Shown here piece after piece: positions 24,667 to 37,200 of a stretch of 64,000 nucleotides of DNA. The position numbers and the translations under genes are program-made. The notes beneath the pieces are model-generated. The model was not told the DNA's origin. It did not search any database and saw only the letters and a program-made list of their open reading frames with translations. Each line of letters begins with the position of its first letter. The stretch's first letter is position 1. The stretch spans positions 7,246,299 to 7,310,298 of the forward strand of contig NW_002060943.1 in assembly GCF_000150275.1 (NCBI RefSeq), given 5' to 3'. Source of the DNA: Trichoplax adhaerens (lineage: Eukaryota; Animalia; Placozoa).

Positions 24667-27600
24667 ATGGACCAATTTAAATTAATCCTTTTCAATCTTA
24701 TGTTAGGGCTAATTTGCCAACAAGCGATCGCTCATTGCATCCAGCCAACTCTTCCAACACAAGCCCATTCCCGACAGAGTTTTCCATTTCAACACCGGCA
24801 AGAAAGAGCTATAGTACGAGGTAATTATATATTGAATATGCAATCTATAAGTAATAAAAAAACTTCATCAATCCAATCGCATTTTCATGTCCTATTGGGT
24901 CTTTTTGTTAATCGCAATGAACTATCGGATCATATATGCTAGTTTAGTATTAAAAATGATTGGTCCATAAGTAAAAAACTCCATCAATCCAATCGCATTC
25001 TTATGCCTTATTGGGCCTTTTTAAATCCCAATCAGCTATCCAATTGTATGAAGTAGTTTAGTGTTAAAAATATAATAATTGATCGATATATTTGCTCAAG
25101 TTAGGATGGATCCATCTCCCCTTGTTTACTGCTCTTTATGGACAGTATTTATCCTGGCTAGAGTTGGTTTGAACTGAAATAGAATAGCCGTCAATTTTAT
25201 GTTGAGAAATTACAATATCAAGAGTTTTCCTTTCTACCCATTAGCTTATGTAGTAGCAATGATCACGTCTATCTTTATTTATTCAATCTTGACGACCATG
25301 AACAAGATGGATCGTTATTCCTTAGGGCAGTGCTTTGATTATTTTTCGTTCTACATACCAAAGCTATAGACTGCTACATGAATAGGACAGTCGATTGCTA
25401 ACAGATCGACGAAAAGATGGAGCTAATACCATTTTGGGGGCTTAGTATTCATTGACCATGATACAAACTTGGAAACAAATTAATAATATCCTATAGTTCA
25501 TCTTTTCCTATCATAGCCCACACGTTGCGACGACATTGGCTTGGGAATAAAGTTGAAAATGTCCGTTGATTCATCTTTTCCGATGGTGATGCACATATTA
25601 CAACAATATTCACTTGGAAATAACTTGAAATTGCCTTGACTTTCAACTTTTCCTATCATGAATTCAAAGTGTCCTAACGTTAATCTCTTCCTGTCATGAT
25701 TTGCATATTGTCCGGATATTAACTGGGGAATAAATTTATACTAACGTTAATCTTTTCCTGTCGTGATTTGCGTATTTGTCAGAATATAAACTTGGGAAAA
25801 AAATTGACACTAACATTAATCTTTTCCTATCATGATGCATATGTCGTGGCGACATACATTTAGGAATAAGTTCATAATGTCCTTACGTTTATCCTTTCCT
25901 GATCACGATATTGTGGTGATATCGATATTAACTTGGTAATCAAATCGAAAATGTTCTAACGTTAATCTTTTCAATCATCATGAGTGACGATATCGATATT
26001 AACTTGATAATCAATTCGAAAGTATCCTAGCGCTCTTCTTTTCCTGATCTCTATGTTATGACGATATCAAATTAACTTAGTAATCAATTCGAAAATGTCC
26101 TAAAATTCATTTTTTCTTGATCTCTATGTTGTGACCATATCGATAATAACTTGGTAATCAATCAGATAATGTCTTAAAGTTCCTATCATGATCCTAGACG
26201 TTGGACGATATCGGTATTAACTTGGTGATCAACTAGAAAATGTCCTAACGTTTATCTTTCCCTGATCTACGAGTATATATTGTGATGATATCGATCGTAA
26301 CTGGGAATCAATTAGAATTGCCCTAACGTTCATCTTTCCCAGATCTATATATTATGACGATATTAATATTAGCTTGGTAATCAACTACAAAATACCTTAA
26401 CGTCCATCTTTCCCCGATTTCTATATTACAATAATGTCAATTTAGTAATCAATTAGAAAATGTCCTAACGTTCATCTTTCCCTGATCTATATAGTGTGAT
26501 GATATCGATCGTAACTTGGGAATAAATTAGAAAATGTCCTAGCGTTCATCTTTCCCTGATCTATATGGTTTGACGATATCGATAGTAACTTGGTAATCAA
26601 TTATAAAGTGTCTTAACATTCACCTTTTCCTACTATGATCCATAGTTCCATACGTTGTGATGATATTGATAGTAACCTGGGAATAAATTAGAAAATGTAA
26701 TGTTGATCATGATCCCTATACACGTATTTGACGATATAGATAGTAACTTGAGATTGAATTGAAATTATTCTAACGTGAATCATTTCCTATCCTAACTCAT
26801 AAGTTAAAATGATATATTTAAGAACAAATACATGTCCTAACCTTTTCATAATGCTATTGAGGTAGGTGGAAGAGAATCATCGATAGCTTACACTGGTGGC
26901 CAAGCCAAAATCACCTGTAAAATTTTAAAATCCACTGATCGCGATCCTCCATCCAAGCCGGAATGTACTAATTTGTTCTGTCTCAATAAGCGTAAACTTT
27001 ACTTTTATTGCTCTAAAACAGAGCAATACAACTATAAGGATAATTGCTTAGCTTGCTGGAAATTTAATGGTAATCTATTGCCTGTAGAAGGACAAGATCA
27101 GTTTTCCTTCGGTTTGGAACAGAAATCGGATACAAATTCAGCTTATTATTATTTCAATCTGATTATTAAAAATGTCCATAAGGAGAATGAAGGAAATTAT
27201 TCGTGTTCACTAACGATGCTTGAATACGGATATAGTCATACAATGCAGGACCTAAGCACTCTTCAAGTCAAAGGTTACCTATTCAACTTGAATTATTAAC
27301 CAAATTAACGTTTAGATAGAAGTTTTAGTTTGCAATAAACGAAAAGTTCGTTTTTTCTTTCCAATCGTCCACTTTAAAATAGAAGAACAAACTGGCACTA
27401 TAAAACCTGATTTGTTATTTACAATTATATCTTTTAGATTCATGGATTCAATGCAGTAAGGAAAAAATGATGGAAGTACAGTATGATAACGATGGCAATC
27501 AAGCTAAGATTTATTGCAAAGCTTATGGAGCTCCACCTTTGCATTTCCAATTCCAATGGTATCGAATAACTGGAAGGAATAAGACAAAATTAAGTGGAAA

Positions 27601-30600
27601 TTATAATGCAAATCAAGGATCATCTATTATCAATGTACTACCAATCGATCGAAGAAAAGTAGAACAAACTGGAAAGATTATTTGTATTGCTCGAAATACT
27701 TTGATCAAGGATTCTCAATGTCAATATCAAGGCAATGTAAATCCACTAGATGATGCTAGTAAGTCAATTCAATCTTGATTAAGGTATAGATAGGGAAAGG
27801 AATAAAATAGCTAGAATATTCATTTACTGCACAAAATAAGAGTAGAATTCGTATGTCAGTGTGAGCCATATTGACCTACGCACTACCCGATTTTAGTAAA
27901 TTGATTCTATCTTGGTTAAAACATAGATAGGGAAAGGAATAGTTTAGCTGAAGTATTCCTTTGCTGCCTAAAATAAGAGTCAAATTCTCTATGCGAGTAT
28001 CAGTAATACTAATCTACAAAAAATGGCTTAAAAATCCAGTGATGTATCGACAAATAAATGAGTAGACTACATTAATCTGCGTCCTTATACGTATGTTGAT
28101 TACGGAATAGATACGAGATTTATTCTTGATTTATTCTAAAGTTACTGAACACATTCTGTATTTGGATATAGAAAGATTTTTCCCACGCCATTTCTTAGCT
28201 AAAATAAGTACTAGACCTTTCATGCTAAAATTATTGTCATAGATAATCAAAGATAGATCAATTTGGTTCCACGGTAAACTTATTTTTCCCTATATTACTT
28301 GCGATATTTCTACTATCAACTAGCTTGGATGGTCACGCTGATTAGTATTTTAGGATCTGGAACACTAACGTTATGTATTATCGGCGTATTGCTAAAAGTA
28401 ACACGAAATCAGACTATCACTGGGTTGGCCAGAACCTTAGTGACTATACTCAGTAGAGAAGGTAAGTCAAGGTTTATTAGCGCATAGCTTATAAAATTCA
28501 ATATTCTACTTTACTCGAATTATTAAAGATTCAATCTTTTTTCTATAACACTAAACTAAGATTTATTAGTTCATAGCTTATAAAACAATTCTAGATAGGC
28601 TTTATAATAAATTCAATATTCTCCTTTCTCGAACCATTACACCTGCTATTTTTAATCAATAATAACAAAGTCAAGATTAATCAGCTCATAGCTTATGAAA
28701 TAATTCTAGATAAGCTTTATAAAAATTCAATATTCTATCTTACTTATAAAATAATTGTAGATAGACCTTACAATAAATTGAATACTCTACCTAACTCGAA
28801 GTCAAGGTTTATTAGCTCATAGTTTATAAAATAATTCTAGATCGACTCTACTTGTATAAAAATTCGATATTCTTCTACCTTACTCGAACCATAAAAGATG
28901 CTATCTTATGTCATAATGACAAAATCAAGATTTATTAAATCATAGTTTATAAAATAATCCTAGATAGGCGTTGTAATAATTCAATATTCTATCTTACTCA
29001 AACCATAAAAGATGCTATCTTTTGTCATAATAATTAAGTCAAGGTTTATTAGCTCATAGCTTCTAAAATAACTATAGATAAGCTTTATAATAAATTCAAT
29101 ATTCTACCGCTCTCAAACTATAAAAGATTTTAACGTTTATCATAATAACGGTTATGCAACAGCTTGTATCTAGAGTAGTAGCCTCCGGATTTTCAATCAG
29201 TACTTACCCAGTCGTAACTTTCTCGCTATACTCTTCCGTTCATAAGCTTGCTTGGAATTACTATCATTTCTCTTATAAAATAGGATAGAGTAGCTCATAC
29301 GAGTAAGTTATAAAATATCATGTCATTAGTGTTATAATAAAGCCTTGAGCATATTGATAGTCAGTTCGTCGAAGAAAAATTATTTTATATAATAATTTTC
29401 GTCTTGATCTTCGGATATCTTATATATTAATGTATATTATTGCGTCTATCATGATAGTCTTGATAATTCAAACACAACCATTCTTAACTGAAGATATAGA
29501 AGAATTTCGTAAGGAAATTGGAGCAACTTATAAAGCCAGAGTCTTCTATATTGACAATACAACTGCATGGGCAGATATGAGAACAGTTGTGGCAAATTTA
29601 AAAAGATTTAAAGTTGTCATATGTATCATTAGTGAAAAAATACTGCATGAAGGTGTCAGTAACCTACAATTTAAAGATTTTTTATGTAAAATTATTACTA
29701 AATGTATAGAAAAAGAGAATGTGACCGGTATGCCGCCTATACTTATTCTTAAAAAGGAGGAATTTAATCATAGCCACTATCCCGATGACGTCGATCAATT
29801 AGAATGCATTGATATTCACTTAAAGGACGAGCAATTTCAGCAATTGCTAAAATCTCATTTAACGAATGAGCAAATTCAATGGCTAGAAGATCATTTTACT
29901 GATCAGCAATTCAAGCAACTGCTTAAAATATATTATAACGATCAATCATTTCAGCTATTGCGAGAAAATTGTTTAACCCATGAGCAATTTCTAATGTTAC
30001 TTGTAAGTCATTTAGACGATGACCAATATCAGCAATTACTAAAAACTCAATTAACTGGTGAGCAAATTCAATACCTAGAAGATCACTTAAATCAGCGGCA
30101 ATTACGACAATGGATTAAAAATTATTTCACAAATCAACAACTTCAAATATTACAAGAATCTCGTTTATCAACCGATCAAGAATTACAGCAATTGGTAGAA
30201 AACCAGTTAACTGATGATCTACTCCAATCATTCCTGCAAACTCGTTTAACAGATGAGCAAATTCAATGGTTAAAAGATCATTTAACTCCTCAGCAATTAA
30301 AGCAATTGCTTAAAAATTATTCCATCAATAGACAATTTCAGCCTTTGCTAATAGCTCTTTTAACCAATGAGCAATTGGAACTGCTGCTTCAAAGTCATTT
30401 AATCGATGATCAATTCCAACAATTACTCAAAAATAGCCTAACTAGTCAGCAAATTCAATGGCTAGAAAATCATTTAGCTGATCAGCAAAGCAAGCAATTT
30501 CAACAAGTACAAACAAATAGGTTAAGTACTGAACAATTTCGTCAGTTGACAGAGAGTCATTTAACCCATGATCAATATGAACAATTACTCGAAAGCTTTG

Positions 30601-30632
30601 CTCGATTTTACTATTACGATTGGAAGGATTGA
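24667..30632 (+). CDS. Ig-Ig-TM-TIR/SEFIR-like receptor, paralog 1 (with 260-aa helical repeat expansion)
   Basis: Five exons joined by phase-1 introns: 24667-24820 signal peptide MDQFKLILFNLMLGLICQQAIA; 26866-27273 Ig (AKITC...CWKFNG...FNLIIKNVHKENEGNYSC); 27438-27758 Ig (IYCKAYGAP..FQW..IICIARN); 28324-28461 TM (WMVTLISILGSGTLTLCIIGVLL); 29458-30632 alpha/beta TIR-like domain plus repeats. Confidence 0.8.
25430..26800. repeat. Minisatellite, ~18 x 72-80 bp, filling intron 1 of receptor paralog 1
   Basis: Consensus gacgatatcgatagtaacttggtaatcaattagaaaatgtcctaacgttcatctttccctgatctatat; gatatcgat recurs at ~25918, 25989, 26135, 26207, 26287, 26501 and 26575. Confidence 0.92.
28464..29150. repeat. 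Tandem array, ~6 x 90-130 bp, in intron 4 of paralog 1, starting at the splice donor
   Basis: aagtcaaggtttattagctcatagcttataaaataattctagata recurs at ~28464, 28553, 28668, 28799, 28922 and 29036. Confidence 0.88.
29817..30596 (+). repeat. Coding repeat: 20 units of 12-16 aa (xLTxEQFQQLLxx) with a 5-unit higher-order period
   Basis: Seen directly in ORF 29430..30632; the EQIQW/YL-type unit recurs at units 2, 7, 12 and 17. Confidence 0.93.
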
Positions 30633-31179
30633 ACGCCTTTGGCGTAAATCGTCTTAGTCCATCCATAAATAACGAATAGGATTAAAGTTAGAGCTATGGT
30701 TGAGAAGGAAACTACTATAAAAGATTAATAGTAATTTTCCTATCACTGCTCTATCTAACTCAGAATTGAATAACATAGGATTGGCTGGCATGGATCTAAG
30801 TCCGTTCAGATCAAGTGAATAATCCAAATGCTTATCTCACGCTATTTCTCTACATTATTCGATATTATAAATCATTAATCAAATTTAAAGAGAATTTACA
30901 GTGAAAAAATATCCAGGATTAGTAATGTTCTAAAGAATTTAGAATGTATGACTTCTGATGTAATCATCAATCCAATTTTATTCCATGTTATTTCTTTACT
31001 TCATTTTATTAATCACATATCGAGTTTAAAAATCATCCACGAATAGAAGAGATCACCAATTGAAAATAGTGTTAAAAGAATGATTATTGTAATTATTGAT
31101 CGAAATTTTATTTATATCATTTCTCTGCTCTATTCTGTTGTATTTCTGAATCATCCATTACCTATCGAGTTCAAATAAA

Positions 31180-31480
31180 ATCTAATACAGAGTATCTCTA
31201 ATTACGAATATTGTAATAAATGATACCATTAATTAGCAACTAAGTTTAAATAAATTCCTTAACAGAGAGTCTCATCAATTAAAAATATTTTAACAAATGA
31301 TACCATTAATTAATTATTGGCACCTACCCGAGTTTAATTAAATAAAATTACCTAATACAGAGTCTCCCCAATTAGAAATATCTTTAATAAGTGACAACAT
31401 TAATTATCAGCACTTGCCGAGTTTAAATAAAGTCCCCTAATACAGAACCTCACCCAATAAGAAATATTGCAATAAATGAT
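31180..31480. repeat. Small degenerate tandem array, ~4 x 75-95 bp
   Basis: taatacagagtctc..caatta.aaatatt..aataaatgatacca recurs at ~31185, 31262, 31355 and 31440. Confidence 0.75.
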
Positions 31481-32319
31481 TATTGTTGTAATCATGGATC
31501 CAATTCCATCTACATCTGTATGATTAAATTTGATTCTTCATTATTTTCTGACTCATCGAATCTTATACTAAGACTTTAATAACATTTACAGTAATTTAAT
31601 CTGCATGATTAAATTGGATTCTACAATATTTCCTTGCCCATTTAATTTTAAACTGGGGCTTTAATAATATCTACTGTATTTTAATCTATATTATTCTACG
31701 CGATTCAGTAGGACTTATTACATGTGAGGAGATGGGATAAATTAGGGTTAGGGTAGCAAATAGGATTACGATCATTGATGCAATGCCATCGACATCAAGT
31801 CTACGATACTATTCTATGTTAATTCTTTCTCTACTTTACAATATTAACCACATATCCAAATGTAGTAAAAGGACTAAAAGTAGAGTCCTTTGTAGTTTTT
31901 AGTATGTAATTAGTATTATTTTACTATACAAAATACCTAGAAAGTGATAGTGTCTTTAAGTTTTACCCTGCCAAATCATCATGTCGCCATCTTTTCTTCT
32001 TCATTATTTTACAAGGTATTATATAGATTACTATACAAGTAGCCCTATAGAGCAAATGCCTAATCTAAAGAAAGGGCGTTTGATCGTCTATTCAAATTGT
32101 AAAGAAATTTGACTTAGTAGCAAAACCCTATCCTTAGAGAAAGGGGATTTATAACATGACGATAAAGTACTGTAAGGTAGTCTATACTCGTACAGTTACA
32201 GTACAATCTGACGCTAAAACATCAACTGTCAATACTCGCGAATACTAAGCGATACTAATGTCAGAAAAGTAGTCGTAGTAGTCATATAAATTTTTTGATA
32301 AGCGATTACTGTGATCTTT

Positions 32320-33309
32320 ATAAAAAGCGAATTTTTCCGGATTTGTGTCCGATATAGTTTTCGGATTCTGGGACCGGTCGGGTTTGTGTCCGATATAATT
32401 TTCCTGTTTTGGAACCGGTCGGGTTTATTTTTAATTTATGTCTGAATTATAATTTTTCTGTTTTAATTTTTGGATTTTTGTTCATGAAAAATATCGTAAG
32501 AGTTGATTTTTGAGATATGGACTTTTTGTTATGAATTTGAAACTTTGGAATTTTATGGCGTGACTTGAAGTCACATTAGGAGATTTAGTGAGGAAAATAG
32601 AAAATAAGATGGAAATTGGCAGAGGTTGTGTTGATTGTTAGGTAGTTAGAATGTTATTTTTATGACTAAATCTTGATGTTTAAAGGTTGATTTTTAGCTT
32701 TTTATAGTGTATTAATGATAGAAATTATATTAGAAATGAAGTTTGATGTATTTTTATAGTTAGCTTATTGCTTTTATAGTATTTTGTAAGGGAATCGTAG
32801 GGTAAATTGTGTCTGAACTTTGAATGATTTTTGTTTTCTTAAATGGTGCAAAGTAGTTTTGTAAAACGGATCTTAAGAGCGATTGGTTAGCAAATGTTTA
32901 GTTTTAAATACCTCTGACGGCTCTATGAAGCCTATAAATGATAGTGCAATTAGAAAATTTAGAGGGAGAGTAGAAGAAGATTTTATTTGAAGAACTTGTT
33001 GAATTTAAAAGGCCTTCGGGGTCGAATTGTCGTAAGTTAAAACGTTCTTGTTTTTGAAAGGTTGTTTGGTCGTTGACAGTTTTTAAGTCTGTCATTTATT
33101 TTAATAATACTTAAAGCTAAGTATTTGTAAGGTTATTCGGTTTATACTTCTCTCCATTTTTGTTTTGAAATAAATTGCTGTTCGGTTATTTCCCCAAATT
33201 TTATTTGGTGTCAAAGTATTAGCGTTAAGTCGACCGGAGTGCAACGAAAGTAGAATCAAAGTTTGTTAAAGTTTTGTAGCTTGATCTCTACACATTTCAT
33301 TTCATTACA
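32320..33309 (-). mobile_element. Dispersed ~1 kb non-coding repeat, copy A (putative non-autonomous element); left end approximate
   Basis: Reverse complement is near-identical to 54092-54534 and homologous to 57218-57903; strongly T/G-rich on the + strand; internal ~42-bp direct repeat tttgtgtccgatata...accggtcggg at 32342-32423. Confidence 0.8.
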
Positions 33310-34223
33310 CAAATATAAACAGCATCTACTTATGGCGAAAAATCGTGAATTAGTAAATAATGTCATCAATCATTTCAGTGACTGAGCTAAGTCCATCAAC
33401 ATCGGAAGGTACCATCCAATTTTATTCCATGCTGATTTTTCTCTACTTCATATTCGAATTCATCACTTATAAACAAAGATAAATAAAGTTTCTCAGATAA
33501 AACGTATGGCAAATTAGAAATAGTACAATAAAATTACTTTTCATTGATGTGATTCCAATTACATCGACTAAATTATCTTGAATTAATTTAGATTGAATTG
33601 AGAACTTCATAATCATCTGTACTGCCGTATACTCTGATCTACTATTTGATTTTTACACTATACAAAATATATAGCGTCAAAATAAACTTTTCAAGTCTAC
33701 GAAATTTTCAGCTAAACTGGATAGATTCATGACAATTAAATAACATTTTCTCCAGTATTGATCACTTAAACGTACTATAATAAATGAGCAACTGCATATT
33801 ATACATTTACATAATTAGTGAAATGATTAATATGATGATGTCACTAACAAATAGCATTCTACAGTACTGCACCTTCTATTAATCAAAACAAACTTTTAAC
33901 GTCTACAAAACTTTCTAAACTGGCTAGCCCCAAGATAAATAAACAATTTTTTCCCAGTATTGATCACTTAATTCTAATTTTATCATTGATCATTCATGAT
34001 CGATAGTCAAAATATTCTTTACTAAGGATAAGCGACATACGATTTTCTGACATTAGAAATCAATACGAATTCGAACAAGAATAAATTGCATTGCCATTCT
34101 TATTGACTATTTCTTATCAGACTATTTCGATTTAATGAGAATAGTACATGAGGTAGATAAAGTCAAGACTGTACCAACCTTCCTATAACTGATTTTGCTG
34201 TTAAATGTAACCGAGAAGAAAAG

Positions 34224-37200
34224 ATGAATTACTACAGAATTCTAGCTGGATGGTTTATCCTCTTCATGAATAGTTCATTCATTCATACCGGTAAGAATAT
34301 CAATGATTGATCTATTCCTTAGCTTTATAATCTTGTGTTTAGAATTTTCAACTTTGATCTAACAACATGCCACACCCCTTGGAAAAGATTCGAATTGCCG
34401 ATCAACTATACCACCTTATGAACCGCTATCAGGTAACTTCTTGTGCTGAAGTTCGTTGTGATATCGATAATTAGAATGCCATTACAACTAGTGGATATCC
34501 GATATAATCACTTTACATTAGGTAAAACTAGGCTATTACGAATTATCTAATCATATTATCACTTGTTTGCAATCAGCTGGTATCTTTTACTATAGTTCGA
34601 TATATTGCTCGTAAAATAAAATGGCGTCCCGACTATGGTAGATATCTAAAGTAATCCTTCTACAATCGCCAAAAACAGATTATGACTAACATTAGATCAA
34701 TGTATTGACTACTATCAGTTTATACCTTGCACTCAGTATATAATGTTGATAAAATAAAATAGCATCACAGCTGACAGATATTCAAAGTAATCCTTCTACA
34801 GTAGTAAAGCTTGGGCTACTTAGGTTATCACTAGATTATTCCATTCTATGGATTGTTATCAGCTTGTATCTTCTACTATAGCTCAATAAATTGTAGAGTA
34901 AAATAAAAATTACATCACAGCTGGCAAATATGCAAAATAATCCTTCTATAATGACAAAACTAGGATTATTAATACTGTTACTAGATCATTCTATGGATTA
35001 CTAACAGCTTGTATCTTATACTATTGTTCAATAGAATATTGTGATAAAATAAAACAGCATTACAGCTGATAAGTATCCAAAGTATTCTTTCTATAAACGC
35101 AAAACTAGGGTTACTAATACTATCAGTAGATCATTCTATCGATTCCTATCAGCTTGTATCTTGTACTAATAGCTCAATAGATTGTGGAGTAAAATAAAAA
35201 TGGTATCACAACGGTCAAATATCCAAGTAATCATTAAACAATTCCTAATCATAAACTACTGCTGATAATAATTTAATCATTCTATCGACACCTAACAGCT
35301 TGTATCCTACATCCGTTATAGTCCGATATAATTTCCGTAAATTGAATTATATAACAGTTAGTTGATATCCGAAAGTAATCATCCTATAATAGCCAAAACG
35401 ACTAAGACTGTAACTAGACCTTTCATCAACTGCTGTCAGTTTGCATCCTACACTACTGGACTAGTACAGCGCAATAAAACGTCGATGGAGTAAAATGCCA
35501 TTATAGCTGATGGTTAATATGCTAAAGATCATCTTTAAGCAGAAATATGTTATATCGATCGTAATATAGTAGATAGATTGTCATTAGGGTTACCGATTGT
35601 AAAATTAATTCATTTTCCAGTAAAGGAATCATTACTTGAAATTAGTAAGAAATTAACTTCAACTATAAATTACTTAATCAATTGATAGCTATAGCACCAA
35701 TTTGATGACAATATAGACGATTATATTTCAATCTTGATTCTAATAGTGTACCGATATGATTCATGGAAGATGATATTAGATTGAAAAATGATTAAAGTTT
35801 CTATTGCCTCTGCAATTGGGAGAGTATGATAAATATCCTAATAACTTGCTATCGTTTCATGTATTTTCATTTAGATGAGCAAATATCAAAACTTAATAGC
35901 AGCATAAATCTGTTATCAGCACAAGCTTATGTTGGAGCTGATGGCTACATAAGATGTATAATAAAAATCGATCCAGAACCTACCAGCAATTGTAACAAAA
36001 AAAATGTAGCGAAGCAATGTAATATATGCCCAGAGGAACTGTGTCCTGGATGTCGAGATTCTCCAGATAAAACGTGCTGGGATTGCTGGTTTAGAAATGG
36101 TGAAAAATTACCGATGCAAGAGCCCAATAAATATGATTACGACATTTCTCAGAATCATCCCTCTGGTCAACACCTGTCTCAATACTATGAATTTCACCTT
36201 ATCATTAGAAATGTCACTGAAAAGGATGCTGGATATTACAATACTGAACTAAAAAGATTATGCGAATATGAAGGAAGTTTTTCAAATCATAGCACTAAAC
36301 TAACGATAAAAGGTGCCGTAATGACTAATATAATATCTATCTTTGATTTGTAGAATGATATTTGACTAGCTCTACAATTAAATATTCTGCTAATATGGAT
36401 ACAAATACGGATATCTCCAATATATTGGAGATATCGTCAGTATTTTTCAAATTGTTAATGTTAATCTTATAGCAGAACTTTTTCAAAGTGATAGAAATTT
36501 ATTTGAAAATTAATACGTGGAATAACTTATATTTTATCTCTGCGTCGAGAACCACAAATAGGATGATAAAAAATCGATAGCATCTGTTACAGGGGTATCA
36601 ACATCCGTTACTTTACGTTTACTAGTAGTTATAGAAGTCATGACATCCTGATGAGGAAAATTATGAAGTATCAGCAGATTTATTAGAGTGAAAAAAGATC
36701 AGATGATATGGTACTACGTTATCAGGATAGCAATAGGTACAAGCGTTTCTACATGCTGATGCACATAAGAATGTTCTACCCAGTATCTAGCTCTATTTCA
36801 AATAGATTAAAAATTATTTTCTATTTATTATATACTATGATCTAAGATATAGATATATAAATACCCTTTCTATATAGATTTGGTATGAGTATAAAATCAG
36901 GACCATACTAAGGATTACAGTTAAATATATATTCACTGTACATATATACATATATACTGCGAATGCAGAATACAGACAGAAGAGTACATAGTTGTAGCCT
37001 TTACATCTTTAGAAAGCATTGTGAGATCAAGTTAGGTATAAACACTTCTACATGTTTGTGTACATAAGAACATTTTACATAGCATCTAGCTGCATTTCAA
37101 ATAGACTAAAATTATTATCTTTTTATAATGTACAATGATATTAGATATAGAGTTGGTTAGAGCATAAAACTAGGATCATACTAAGAATTACAGTTAAATG

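Noticed and set aside
25430-26800. Regularly spaced repeats resembling a CRISPR array
   Set aside because: Whole units are homologous with no unique spacers; eukaryotic intron; no cas genes
31742-31753. TTAGGGTTAGGG telomere-like sequence
   Set aside because: Only two units, consistent with chance
32904-33095. 63-aa ORF MTDLKTVNDQ... repeated at 54306
   Set aside because: Lies inside the dispersed repeat, has no recognisable domain, and its frame is not preserved in copy C
36648-36700. CTGATGAG...GAAA resembling a hammerhead ribozyme core
   Set aside because: No stem II between the motifs and no supporting stems I/III
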